NCBI GenBank assembly: GCA_020848075.1
Contig: JADLAV010000084.1
Location: 4,387-68,386, forward strand
Source: Burkholderiales bacterium
Lineage (GTDB): Bacteria; Pseudomonadota; Gammaproteobacteria; Burkholderiales; SG8-39
Direction of reading: 5' to 3'
Length of the DNA: 64,000 bases
Positions 28,754 through 37,977 of this stretch are shown piece by piece (position 1 is the stretch's first letter; every line of letters begins with the position of its first letter). Under the pieces are notes generated by a model, which searched no databases, had not been told where the DNA came from, and was given only the letters and a program-made list of their open reading frames with translations. Both the position numbers and the translations under genes were made by a program.

Positions 28754-30023
28754 TCCACCTCTCCCAGTCGGCGCGAAACGGTCTCATGCGCGGGTGCGCG
28801 TCGACCACGCTCGGCGCGCGCAGCAGCGGGAACTGCCGCGCCGCGAGCCGCAGCGTCTGGATCGCCGGGCTGTTGAGCAGCAGCTTCAGCAGCGGATAGC
28901 GCCAGACGAGCCGGTCGACGACGTCGCTCGCCTCGTACGGGAGGTCGCCGACCCCGTCGCCGTCGCGGTCCCAGCCGGCGTAGTTGCTCCAGTAGTTGCC
29001 GGTCTTCCCGCCCCAGCGCTCGTCGCGCGAGGCGACGTAGCGGATCTGGTCGCGGTTCTGGATGAAGTCGTTGCCTTCGACGTCGTTGTGGATCGAGCCG
29101 GCCCACAGGTGCACGCCCACGCGGTTGCCGATCACCAGGTTGTCGCGCAGGACGTTGTACTCGGCGTCGTAGATGAAGAAGCCGCGGCTGTTCCCGGCGA
29201 CGACGTTGCCCTCGATCACCGAGTCCTGGATCGTGCGCAGCATGATCCCGTGGTCGGAGTTGCCCCAGGCGCGGTTGTTGCGCACCACCTGGTTGCGCAC
29301 CTCCATCAGCGCGAGGCCGCCGCGGTTCAGGTACGACTCGTTGTCCTCCCACAGGTTGAAGTAGGAGTTCATGTAGTGCGTGCCGTAGCGCAGGTGGTGG
29401 ATACGGTTCCCGCGGAACACCGCGTGGTGCGAGACGTCGACGTAGATACCGTCCCGCGCGAAGCTGATATCGTTGCCGCTGATCCTCGCCCCGGTGGTGT
29501 TGTAGAGCTGGATGCCGTTGCCGCGCTGCGCCGAGGCGAGATCGCGCTTGCCGGTGACGACGTTGCGCTCGACGCGCACGTCGTTCGCCTTCTCGATCCA
29601 GAGGCCGAACAGGTTGTAGACGATGGCGTTGTCGCGCACCACCGCGCGGTGCGCGCCCGGCTCGACGTAGATGCCCGCGTTCTGCGCGCCGAGATCCGCG
29701 CCGCTGTCGCGCACGATGAAGCCTTCGATCACGACGTCCGGCGACTGAACGCGGATGACGTCGCCCGCGCCGCCGGCGCTCAGCGTCGGGCGCTCGACGC
29801 CGATGAGCCGCAGCGGCTTGTCGACGACGAGGTGCTCCTCGTAATGGCCGCGCTCGACGACGACGGTGTCGCCGGCGGCCGCTCTCGCGACCACGGCGGC
29901 GATCGGTTCACCCGCGTGGACCCGCCACTCGCGTGCGTGTGCGGCAAGCGCGGAAGCCGCGAGCAAGACCGCGCAGCCCAGGTCCGCGGCGCGGGCGAGA
30001 ACGAGGCGGCGCCGCGCTCGCAT
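28734..30023 (-). CDS. nosD: NosD periplasmic beta-helix (CASH) accessory protein
   Basis: Trimmed to the ATG at 30023 (MRARRRLVLARAADLG... signal). Repetitive ..N.I..N..G... parallel beta-helix repeats. Confidence 0.9.
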   Translation of the reverse strand: MRARRRLVLARAADLGCAVLLAASALAAHAREWRVHAGEPIAAVVARAAAGDTVVVERGHYEEHLVVDKPLRLIGVERPTLSAGGAGDVIRVQSPDVVIEGFIVRDSGADLGAQNAGIYVEPGAHRAVVRDNAIVYNLFGLWIEKANDVRVERNVVTGKRDLASAQRGNGIQLYNTTGARISGNDISFARDGIYVDVSHHAVFRGNRIHHLRYGTHYMNSYFNLWEDNESYLNRGGLALMEVRNQVVRNNRAWGNSDHGIMLRTIQDSVIEGNVVAGNSRGFFIYDAEYNVLRDNLVIGNRVGVHLWAGSIHNDVEGNDFIQNRDQIRYVASRDERWGGKTGNYWSNYAGWDRDGDGVGDLPYEASDVVDRLVWRYPLLKLLLNSPAIQTLRLAARQFPLLRAPSVVDAHPRMRPFRADWERWIVKQRH

Positions 30024-30028
30024 CGCCG

Positions 30029-30490
30029 CTAGTGGAGCCAGCGCAGCGCCGGGTGGCCACTCAGGAAGCTCAGCACGCCGGCGGTCTGCAGCACGGCGAA
30101 CAGCACCGCGCCGATGATGACGTTCTTGGTCGCGACGTACGCCATGAGGTCCGGCAGCGACGCCGGCCGGAAATGGCGCCGCCACCATGGCCCTTCCTTG
30201 ATCCACGGCCGGTACACGTAGCGGCACGCGACCTCGTAGATGCTCCAGCCGATCCACCACGCCGACACGATCGCGGGCCCCATGTGCCCGGTGCCGGCCA
30301 GCATCCACGCGACGGTGACGAGCACGGCGAGGCCGATCTCGGCGGCGCGCAGCGCCCCCGCCTTGCGGCCGAATCCCGGCCCCCATGGCAACAGGTGGAA
30401 CTTGAGCTCCTCCCACAGCCAGCGCGGCAGCGGGAGCGTCTCGTCGGCCGCGCGCGGCAGCGGCGCGCCGGGCGTCGCATTCGGATTCAT
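30029..30490 (-). CDS. Unassigned integral membrane protein (153 aa) between nosR and nosD
   Basis: The ATG at 30490 overlaps the nosR stop (ATGA). Hydrophobic segments IGLAVLVTVAWMLAG, AIVSAWWIGWSIY and NVIIGAVLFAVLQTAGVLSFL. I recognise no family. Confidence 0.6.
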   Translation of the reverse strand: MNPNATPGAPLPRAADETLPLPRWLWEELKFHLLPWGPGFGRKAGALRAAEIGLAVLVTVAWMLAGTGHMGPAIVSAWWIGWSIYEVACRYVYRPWIKEGPWWRRHFRPASLPDLMAYVATKNVIIGAVLFAVLQTAGVLSFLSGHPALRWLH

Positions 30491-32733
30491 GACTCCGAGA
30501 CCTCCGTGCGGGGAGCATCGCGAGCGCGATCGTCCTTTTCGCGGGCGCGACCGGCGGGCGTCGCGGACCCGGCGTCGCCGGTCGGCCTGATGGGAATGAA
30601 GTAGCCGTCCGCGCCGACCGGCGTCGCCGGCAGGCCGAGCCGCGCGCGCCGCTTGCGCTCCTGGGCGAGCGGCGGGCACGCGTGATCATCGTAATAGAGC
30701 GTCTGGCAGTCGAGGCAGAGGAGGCATTCGCGCTGATCGATGCGGCCGGCGTCGTCGATCGCAAGCGACGAGCAGCCCTTCTGGCACGCATGACAGGCGG
30801 TGCACTCGGCTTTGCGCTTGAGGCCGTAGAACCGGAACGTCGAAGGAATCGCGAGCCCGGCGCCGAGCGGACACAGGTACTTGCAGAACGGCCGTTCCGT
30901 GAAGAGCGCCAGGACGAAGAGCACGCACCAGTAGAGGACGAACGGCCACGCGCGGTTCCAGAAGCCGCCGACGAGGAACGTCGACTTGAACGGCTCCACC
31001 TCCGCCATCCGTTCCGCGAGGCCGATCGAGTAGAACGACACGGCGACGAGCGCTACGAACACGGCGTACTTCAGCCACTTCAGCCGGTCGTGCCAGACGG
31101 GCGGCAGCGCGAACTGGAAGCGGCGCAGGCCGGCGGCGCGCGCGAGGCGGAACGCGAGCTCGGTCATCGAGCCGTACGGACAGAGCCAGCCGCAGAAGAG
31201 CCCGCGCCCCCAGACGAGCACCGTCGTGATGGTGAACCACCAGAAGATGAAGATCAGCGGATCGTAGAGGAAGAGCTCCCATTTCCACTTGAAGAAGATC
31301 GAGTGGAACCAGGTGAGCACCTGCGTGATGCTCGGCTGCGCCATGGCGTAGGCGCCGGCGAAGCCGAGGCTCACCGACCATATCGCGTAGCGCGGAAGCT
31401 CCACCCAGCGCTTGTCCTTGCGCGTCGTGCGGCGCACGAGCCTGTCGCGCAGCGCGTAGACCACGGCGACCGCCGCGAGGAACAGCGCGAATGCGGCGAT
31501 CTCCAGCTTGCGGTCCCTCCACACCCGCAGCCAGGGCGGCGCCGGCCGCTCGACCCGCGGGCGCCCGCCTTCCAAGTAGCGCGCGGGCAGCCAGTACTCG
31601 CGGTCGAAGTTGGCGAATGTCTTGGCGCCGGTCTGCTTGTCGGTCGTGCTCGCCAGGAACACCAGGCTCCAGGGGTAGGCGGCGCTGAAGTTGCTCCCGC
31701 GCACGAGGAAGATCCCCGATTCCTTGTAGGTCGGCGCGCCCGCCGCGCGCACGCCGTACAGGTTGAAGTAGTCGGTGTCGCGGAAGGTGAAGGTGTCGAC
31801 GTCCTGCGCCACCTGGATCCGGTCGTAGATCCCGCCGCGCACGAACCCGGACCCCTTGAACGAGGCCGCACCGCGGCCGATGATGAAGATTGCGTGCTCG
31901 TCCGGCTTGAGGTCGGCCATCAACCGCCGGTAGCCGTCGTCGCCGAGGATGCTGCGGCCGATCGTCGGCACGTTGAGATACCCGAACCACAGGTCGATGT
32001 AGGGCTCGCCCGTGTCGTCGGCGCCGACGTCCTTCGGCCAGACCGTCAGGCGGCCGATGCTGCCTTCCTTGACGAGGGCATTCCAGTCGAGCGACTCCGA
32101 GACCGGAGCGAATACGGCCTGCGGCTTCGGCGTCGCCTTGATGAGCCCGACCTGCCGCGCGATCTCGTAGCCGGAGCGAAGGATCACCTGGTTCTCGGCG
32201 ATCACGGTCACCGTGGCGCCGCTGATCGCGTCGACCCCGACGTAGCCGGCCTCCTCGCGCGCCTTGCCCACCTCGATCTTGTCGCCGACGAACTTGCCGA
32301 CGTACTGCAAGGTGAACCTGGTGAGCTCGGACTCCGGGATCCCCACCAGCAGGATCGGCTCGCTGTGCCGCAGGATCCGCACGCCGGTGATGATCCCTTT
32401 CGCGTCCATGCCGATCAGCGTCACCACCGGCTTGCCGGAGTAGGCCGGGATGTCGACGATGTCGGTGGAGAGGAAGACGTACCCGGCGAGCGACTTGTGG
32501 TCGCCGTCGGTCTTGTAGCCCTCGACGTACGACGGGCGCCCCTTGCGGTGCGAGAAGCTGTCCGCGCCGGGCAGCACGTCGCGGCACGGGGCATAGGCGC
32601 AGAGATCGGGGTCGCGCGAGAGCTCTGCCGGGAGCGGCGCCTCGTAGGAGGTCGTCTTCGCGAAGGTCCCGCCCGGCAGCGCGGCGAGGAGCCCGCAGAG
32701 CGCGAGGCAGAGCAGCGTCCCGAACCGTCTCAT
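30487..32733 (-). CDS. nosR: NosR membrane flavo/iron-sulfur regulator-electron donor
   Basis: Trimmed to the ATG at 32733 (MRRFGTLLCLALCG...). FMN-bind region (VDAISGATVT), CX3CP motifs (CGWLCPYG, CKYLCPLG), and C-terminal ferredoxin motifs (CTACHACQKGC, CLLCLDC). Confidence 0.9.
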   Translation of the reverse strand: MRRFGTLLCLALCGLLAALPGGTFAKTTSYEAPLPAELSRDPDLCAYAPCRDVLPGADSFSHRKGRPSYVEGYKTDGDHKSLAGYVFLSTDIVDIPAYSGKPVVTLIGMDAKGIITGVRILRHSEPILLVGIPESELTRFTLQYVGKFVGDKIEVGKAREEAGYVGVDAISGATVTVIAENQVILRSGYEIARQVGLIKATPKPQAVFAPVSESLDWNALVKEGSIGRLTVWPKDVGADDTGEPYIDLWFGYLNVPTIGRSILGDDGYRRLMADLKPDEHAIFIIGRGAASFKGSGFVRGGIYDRIQVAQDVDTFTFRDTDYFNLYGVRAAGAPTYKESGIFLVRGSNFSAAYPWSLVFLASTTDKQTGAKTFANFDREYWLPARYLEGGRPRVERPAPPWLRVWRDRKLEIAAFALFLAAVAVVYALRDRLVRRTTRKDKRWVELPRYAIWSVSLGFAGAYAMAQPSITQVLTWFHSIFFKWKWELFLYDPLIFIFWWFTITTVLVWGRGLFCGWLCPYGSMTELAFRLARAAGLRRFQFALPPVWHDRLKWLKYAVFVALVAVSFYSIGLAERMAEVEPFKSTFLVGGFWNRAWPFVLYWCVLFVLALFTERPFCKYLCPLGAGLAIPSTFRFYGLKRKAECTACHACQKGCSSLAIDDAGRIDQRECLLCLDCQTLYYDDHACPPLAQERKRRARLGLPATPVGADGYFIPIRPTGDAGSATPAGRAREKDDRARDAPRTEVSES

Positions 32734-32836
32734 CGAATCGCCTCGCGCGCGGACGCTCCGCACGCTTCCGGGGTCCGCCTCGTGCATCGCCGCGTCTTCA
32801 CCTCCGTGTTTGAGTCTTCGTGTGCCGGCCGCGGGC

Positions 32837-33673
32837 TCAGCGGCCCTGCGTCCTCGCCTGCTTCTCGTAGAGCGCCACCAGCCGCTCGGTCGCGGCGAGG
32901 ATCCGCTCGCTCGACTCGATCACCTGCGGTGCGGCACGCCGCAGCGCGGCCGCGTCGTCATGTGCGGCGAGCGCCGCACGATAAGCGATCCACTCCCGGT
33001 CGAGCTCGCCCAGCGCGGCCTTGATGCGCTCGTCATCGCGGGACGCGACGAAGAGCTGGTGCATCGCAGAGGAGAACTCGGCGCGCGCCATGTCGAGCTC
33101 CATCCGCGCCGCTTGAGCGTTCACGTCGAACGCCTTGAAGAGGAAGTATTTCGCCATGCGCTGCGACAGCATCCGCTGCCGGCCGGCGATGTTCACCAGG
33201 CGGTCGGCCGGTTTGCCGGTCACCCGCTCGTAGGACAGGGTCAATCGGTGCGCGGCTTCCTGCACGGCTTCGTTGAGATCGTACACCTCCCTTGCGCTCT
33301 GGGCGGTGGGAGGAGCGGCGAGGACAGGCTTGAATCCGTTCCAACTGCGCTTGAGCGCTGCGAGCGCCCGTCGCACGTCCTCGCTCGGAACGAAACCAGC
33401 GAGCTCGGCGAGCTGCGCCTCGAACAAGGCGACCGACTCGCCGAGGATCGTCCGGCCACGCTCGGGCTGCACGTCCTGCCAGACCATGAGGTAGGCCTTG
33501 GCGAGCCGCTGCGACAGCATGCGCTGGCGGCCCGCCTTGTCGATGGCGGTCGCGGGTGCGAGCACGGCGGCAGCAGGGCCGGCGGCCGTGCCTGCGCCCG
33601 CCGGCGGCTGCGCTCCGGCGAGCCCCGCCCAGGCGAACCAGCAGCAGAGGAACGCGCCCAACCTTGCGCTCAT
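32837..33673 (-). CDS. Secreted PilJ/NarX-N-terminal-type sensor-domain protein with no output domain
   Basis: Signal peptide MSARLGAFLCCWFAWAGLAGA. Two copies of the P-box-like motif (AGRQRMLSQRLAKAYL and AGRQRMLSQRMAKYFLF). 278 aa. An alternative ATG is at 33706. Confidence 0.7.
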   Translation of the reverse strand: MSARLGAFLCCWFAWAGLAGAQPPAGAGTAAGPAAAVLAPATAIDKAGRQRMLSQRLAKAYLMVWQDVQPERGRTILGESVALFEAQLAELAGFVPSEDVRRALAALKRSWNGFKPVLAAPPTAQSAREVYDLNEAVQEAAHRLTLSYERVTGKPADRLVNIAGRQRMLSQRMAKYFLFKAFDVNAQAARMELDMARAEFSSAMHQLFVASRDDERIKAALGELDREWIAYRAALAAHDDAAALRRAAPQVIESSERILAATERLVALYEKQARTQGR

Positions 33674-33756
33674 TCGCGGCTCCGTCCGATCGTCCGCCCG
33701 CGTCATCGTTGCCGCGCGCGCGACGAAACCGGCGCCGCCCGCCGCGCCGCCGGCGC

Positions 33757-35697
33757 TCAAGCCTCCACCAGCAGCACGCTTCGCATCTCGAGGTGCAGGG
33801 CGTGGCAGAAGTGCGTGCAATAGCACCAGAACGCGCCCGGCTGGTCGGCCTTGAAAGTGACCGACTTCGTCTCCTGCGGATTGACGATGAAGTTGATGTC
33901 GTAGTCCGGGATCCCGAAGCCGTGCGTCAAGTCCTCGACCTTGTCGTGGTTGGTGAGGATGATCGTCACCTCGTCGCCCTTTTTCACCGTGAAGTTCGGC
34001 AGGCTGTAGGCAGGCGCCGCCGAGGCGAGGCGGATGGTCACCTGGTGCCCCTTGCGCTCGGGCGGCATCTCCTTGTACTCGCGCACCGCGTTCGGGAAAT
34101 CGTCCATGTTGTAGATCTGGCGCGTCTTCACGATATCGCGCCGGACGATGATGGCGTCGTGCGGCTCCGGATAGGCCGTGTGGTCGTGGACGAGGCGCAT
34201 CTTGTCGCCGCCGATGTCGATCAGCTGCTCGGTCTCGACGTGCAGCGGCCCGACCGGCAGGAAGCGGTCCTTGGAGAACTTGTTGCCGGAGTTGAACCAC
34301 TTGCCGTCGGCCTCCTTCGTCTCGCCCATCGAGGTGTAGCCGTGGCCCGGCTGATAGTGGACGTCGATGCGGTCGAGCACCACCTGCGCGCCCTTGTCGC
34401 CCTTGAACTGCGCGATCGCCTTGTCGAGGTTCCACTTCACGATCTGGCTGTCGAGGAAGAGCGTGGTGTAGGCGTTGCCCCTGTTGTCGAAGCCGGTGTG
34501 CAGCGGCCCGAGTCCGATCTCGGGCTCCGCCACCACCGCGTCGCGCGGCTCCTTCAACCCGCCGTCGAACCACTTCAGCACCAGCGCGTGCTCGATGACG
34601 GTCGCGGTCGGCGAGAGCTTGCCCGAGCAGACGTAGTATTTCCCATCGGGTGAGATGTTGATGCCGTGCGGGTTCTTCGGGACCGGGACATAGCACGTGA
34701 GCGCGGCCTTCGGATCCTGGTTCGCCGCCTTGGTGCCGTCGACCACCGGGACTTTCGATGCGCCGATGGTCGTGAACTTGCCCGCCTTGACCGCCGCCTC
34801 GATGCGTTCGACATGGAAGAAGACCGCCGAATCCCGCTCCGCGGACATCATTTCGGCGTACACGACCCCGCCCTCGGTGTTGTACTGGTTGGCGCCGGCG
34901 AGCTTGCCGTCGTAGGACGTCGCGACCAGGTCCATGTTGCCGTCGATCCGGCACTGCCAGCGCACTTCCATGGAACCCGCGTCGACGCAGGTGAAGAGGC
35001 AACCCCACTTCTTCGGATCCTTGAGGTCGCGCCCGTCGTTCGGCAGCGGGATGTGGAACTCGTTGCCGCAGAAGACGCGCGTCGTATGATCGATCTTCGG
35101 GTCGACCGGGTCGCGCTTGTCGGGGAAGATGCCGTGGAAGCCCTGCACGTTCGGCAGCTTGGTGATGTGATCGCACTCCATGGTGTCCATGCGGATGCGC
35201 GCGAGCCGCGAGTGCAGCTTGTCGTTCACCCACAGATACTTGCCGTCGTAGGTGCCGTCCTTGTACGAGCCGTGGACGTGGTGCGTGTCGCCGGTCTTGA
35301 AGAGCGGGTTGCCGTCCGGCCGGGTGCCGAGGATGGCCTTCGACTCGTTGGTGATGCCCCAGCCGACCATCGGATCGATGTTGAACACCGGGATGCGCTT
35401 GATCGTGCGCCCGGAGGGCAGCCCGTAGATGCGCACTTCGCCCGAGTGCCCGCCGCTCGAGAAGATGTAGTAGTCGTCGAGCTGGCCGGGCGGCACCTCG
35501 ACCTTCGCCGGCGTCGGCGCGGCTGCCGCCTTCGGCTCCGCAGCCTTCTCGGGAGCCTGCTCGCGCTGCTCGCACGCGGCGAGGAGCGACAGTCCTGCAC
35601 CGGCGATGCCGGCCGCCGCCGCCTGGTTGAGGAACTTGCGCCTGCCGCCGTCTTGCGGCTCGGGCGCTTCGGAGGGCGATGGGTTCTCGGTGGTCAT
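33757..35697 (-). CDS. nosZ: Nitrous-oxide reductase, Tat-dependent (clade I type)
   Basis: Trimmed to the ATG at 35697 (MTTENPSPSEAPEPQDGGRRKFLNQAAAAG twin-Arg signal). CuA site CYCTHFCHALHLEM at the C-terminus. Confidence 0.95.
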   Translation of the reverse strand: MTTENPSPSEAPEPQDGGRRKFLNQAAAAGIAGAGLSLLAACEQREQAPEKAAEPKAAAAPTPAKVEVPPGQLDDYYIFSSGGHSGEVRIYGLPSGRTIKRIPVFNIDPMVGWGITNESKAILGTRPDGNPLFKTGDTHHVHGSYKDGTYDGKYLWVNDKLHSRLARIRMDTMECDHITKLPNVQGFHGIFPDKRDPVDPKIDHTTRVFCGNEFHIPLPNDGRDLKDPKKWGCLFTCVDAGSMEVRWQCRIDGNMDLVATSYDGKLAGANQYNTEGGVVYAEMMSAERDSAVFFHVERIEAAVKAGKFTTIGASKVPVVDGTKAANQDPKAALTCYVPVPKNPHGINISPDGKYYVCSGKLSPTATVIEHALVLKWFDGGLKEPRDAVVAEPEIGLGPLHTGFDNRGNAYTTLFLDSQIVKWNLDKAIAQFKGDKGAQVVLDRIDVHYQPGHGYTSMGETKEADGKWFNSGNKFSKDRFLPVGPLHVETEQLIDIGGDKMRLVHDHTAYPEPHDAIIVRRDIVKTRQIYNMDDFPNAVREYKEMPPERKGHQVTIRLASAAPAYSLPNFTVKKGDEVTIILTNHDKVEDLTHGFGIPDYDINFIVNPQETKSVTFKADQPGAFWCYCTHFCHALHLEMRSVLLVEA

Positions 35698-35802
35698 CGG
35701 GTGGCCCCTTTTCCGGATGCAAGGAGAAACGGAAAACGCGCCTGCATGGCGCGAAGCAACGTCACGATGAATCGAAACTACGCCCAGCGAGCGCAGCGCT
35801 TG

Positions 35803-35816
35803 TTGATTTCTGTCAA
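35803..35816. promoter_or_regulatory. FNR/DNR/NnrR-type box TTGATTTCTGTCAA
   Basis: TTGAT-N4-GTCAA, centred about 112 bp upstream of the nosZ ATG. Confidence 0.65.
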
Positions 35817-35848
35817 GCGCGGTCGCGCCGCGGCGTCGGCGAATGCAT

Positions 35849-35862
35849 TTGATCTGTGTCAA
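35849..35862. promoter_or_regulatory. Second FNR/DNR-type box TTGATCTGTGTCAA
   Basis: TTGAT-N4-GTCAA, 46 bp centre-to-centre from the first box, in the nosZ / kinase divergent region. Confidence 0.65.
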
Positions 35863-36051
35863 GCTCGAGCGGACCGAGACGCGCCACAGTTCATTTGACG
35901 GCGCGAGCGCTGGCATCTGACGACACGGGAGGCGGCGCCGGTGTCGCAGGACACCGCGCCCGTGAAGCTCGTGTGGGGCCGTCGCTTCCGAGCTCCCGGT
36001 TGCGGGAGCTTGCGCGTTGCATGTGGAGGCTGCATCCTCCATCCTGTTCGC

Positions 36052-37977
36052 ATGCATACGCTCGTCGTCGCCGCGGCCTACGTCGTCGCATACGTCGCTC
36101 TCGACTGGGTGAGCTACATCCACCCGCTCGGACCGTTCGCGATTACGCCGTGGAATCCGCCGCCGGGCCTCAGTCTCGCGCTGCTGCTCGTGTTCGGTCT
36201 GCGGCTCGCCCCTGCCGTGCCGATCGCCGGGCTCGCCGCGGAGCTCGTTGTGCGGGGCTGGCCCGCGCACCCCGTGCCGGTAGTGATCGCGACGCTGGTC
36301 ATCGCTGCCGGCTACACGGCGACGGCGGCGTTCCTGCACGCGAGAGCGCGTGTCGACCCGGCGCTGGCGACAGTACGTGATGCGGTCTCGTTCATCGGCG
36401 TCGTGGCCATCGCGACGATGGTGATCGCCGTGGCGTACGTCCTCGTTCACGCGGCGTCCGGACAGATCGCCTGGGGGAACTTCGCGGTCTCCGCGCTGCA
36501 GCTGTGGGTGGGCGATGCGATCGGCATCCTCGTCACCACGCCGGTGCTCGTCCATCTCCTCGGTCCCGGGCGCCGCGCGGGGATGCGGCGCGCCGGCCGG
36601 GAAATCGCCGCGCAGGCGGTGGCGGTCGCGCTCGCGCTCTTCGTCGTATTCGGCATCGATGCGGCGAGCGCGGCGAAGTACTTCTACGTCCTCTTCCTAC
36701 CGGTGATCTGGGTGAGCATGCGCCACGGGGCGCCCGGCGCCGCGGTCGTGCTGCTCGCGATCCAGCTCGGGACCATCGTGGCGGTGCAGAGCGGCGCTTA
36801 TGCGTCCGCGACCGTGCTGGAATTCCAACTCTTCATGTCGGCGCTCGCGGTTACCGGCCTCGTCCTCGGGGCGGTGGTGAGCGAGCGGAGCCTTGCCCAG
36901 GATGCGGTCGCGGCCCGCGAGGCGCAACTCACCTCGGTGGTGCAGACCGCGCCGGACGGCATCCTCGTGCTCGACGAGCGCGGCCGCGTCCTGCGCGCCA
37001 ACGAGGCGGCCGGGGTCATGTTCGGCGCGGCTGCGCCGGCACTCGTTGGTCGCGCCGTGGCGGAGCTGATTCCCGGCCTCGCGCTGCACGCGTCGCCTGC
37101 TGCACGAGTCGAGCAGGCGGCGCGGCGCGTCGACGGCACACTGTTCCCGGCGGAGATCGCGATCGGTCGCAGCGCGGGCGGGGCGGAGCCGCTTTGCATC
37201 GCCATCCTGCGCGACGTCTCCGACCGGAAGGAGATGGAGAGTCAGCTGCGCGAGCGGGAGTCCGAGCTCGCGCGCAGCCTGCGCCTCGCCGCGGCCGCCG
37301 AGACGGCCTCCGCGCTCGCGCACGAGCTGAATCAGCCGCTGTCGGCGATCGGCAATTACGTGCGCGCCTGCGCGCTGCTCATGGAGAATCCGGACGCCAA
37401 CCGCGAGCGCCTCGTTTCCACGATACGCGCGGTGGTGGGCGAGGTCGGCCGGGCAGGCGAAGTGATGCGCCGGCTGCGCGAATTCTTCCGCAGCGGCGCC
37501 TCACGCCTGGAGCGTGTCGCGGTGGCCGAGCTCGTGCGCGGCGGCACGGCGCCGCTCGCGCAGCGCCTCGCGCGGCACCGCATCGCACTCGATACCGAGA
37601 TCGAGCTCGGACTCCCGGACCTGCTCGTCGACCGCCTGCAGATCGAAGCCGTGATGCACAATCTGCTGGCGAACGCGATCGAGGCGATCGCGAGCGGTGC
37701 GGGCGCCGGCGGGCGCATCGCGGTCCGCGCGACCCTCGTGGGTACGACGGTGCGCATCACGGTCAGCGACACGGGTCCTGGGCTGTCGGCGGAGCTCGCG
37801 CACCGGATGTTCAAGCCGTTCACCACGACCAAGGCGGAGGGCATGGGTCTCGGACTCGCGATCAGCCGCTCGATCATCGAGAATCACGGCGGCCGCCTGG
37901 TGGCCGAGCCCGCGGCGGCGGGCGCCGCTTTCTCCTTCACCCTGCCAATCGAAACCGCGGCGGAGGCCGCCGCATGA
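36052..37977 (+). CDS. Sensor histidine kinase, MASE1-like membrane domain + PAS + HisKA/HATPase
   Basis: Trimmed to the ATG at 36052 (MHTLVVAAAYVVAYVALDWVSYIHP...). PAS region, H-box SALAHELNQPLSAI, N box HNLLANAIEA, and DTGPGL / GMGLGLAIS. Confidence 0.85.
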   Translation: MHTLVVAAAYVVAYVALDWVSYIHPLGPFAITPWNPPPGLSLALLLVFGLRLAPAVPIAGLAAELVVRGWPAHPVPVVIATLVIAAGYTATAAFLHARARVDPALATVRDAVSFIGVVAIATMVIAVAYVLVHAASGQIAWGNFAVSALQLWVGDAIGILVTTPVLVHLLGPGRRAGMRRAGREIAAQAVAVALALFVVFGIDAASAAKYFYVLFLPVIWVSMRHGAPGAAVVLLAIQLGTIVAVQSGAYASATVLEFQLFMSALAVTGLVLGAVVSERSLAQDAVAAREAQLTSVVQTAPDGILVLDERGRVLRANEAAGVMFGAAAPALVGRAVAELIPGLALHASPAARVEQAARRVDGTLFPAEIAIGRSAGGAEPLCIAILRDVSDRKEMESQLRERESELARSLRLAAAAETASALAHELNQPLSAIGNYVRACALLMENPDANRERLVSTIRAVVGEVGRAGEVMRRLREFFRSGASRLERVAVAELVRGGTAPLAQRLARHRIALDTEIELGLPDLLVDRLQIEAVMHNLLANAIEAIASGAGAGGRIAVRATLVGTTVRITVSDTGPGLSAELAHRMFKPFTTTKAEGMGLGLAISRSIIENHGGRLVAEPAAAGAAFSFTLPIETAAEAAA

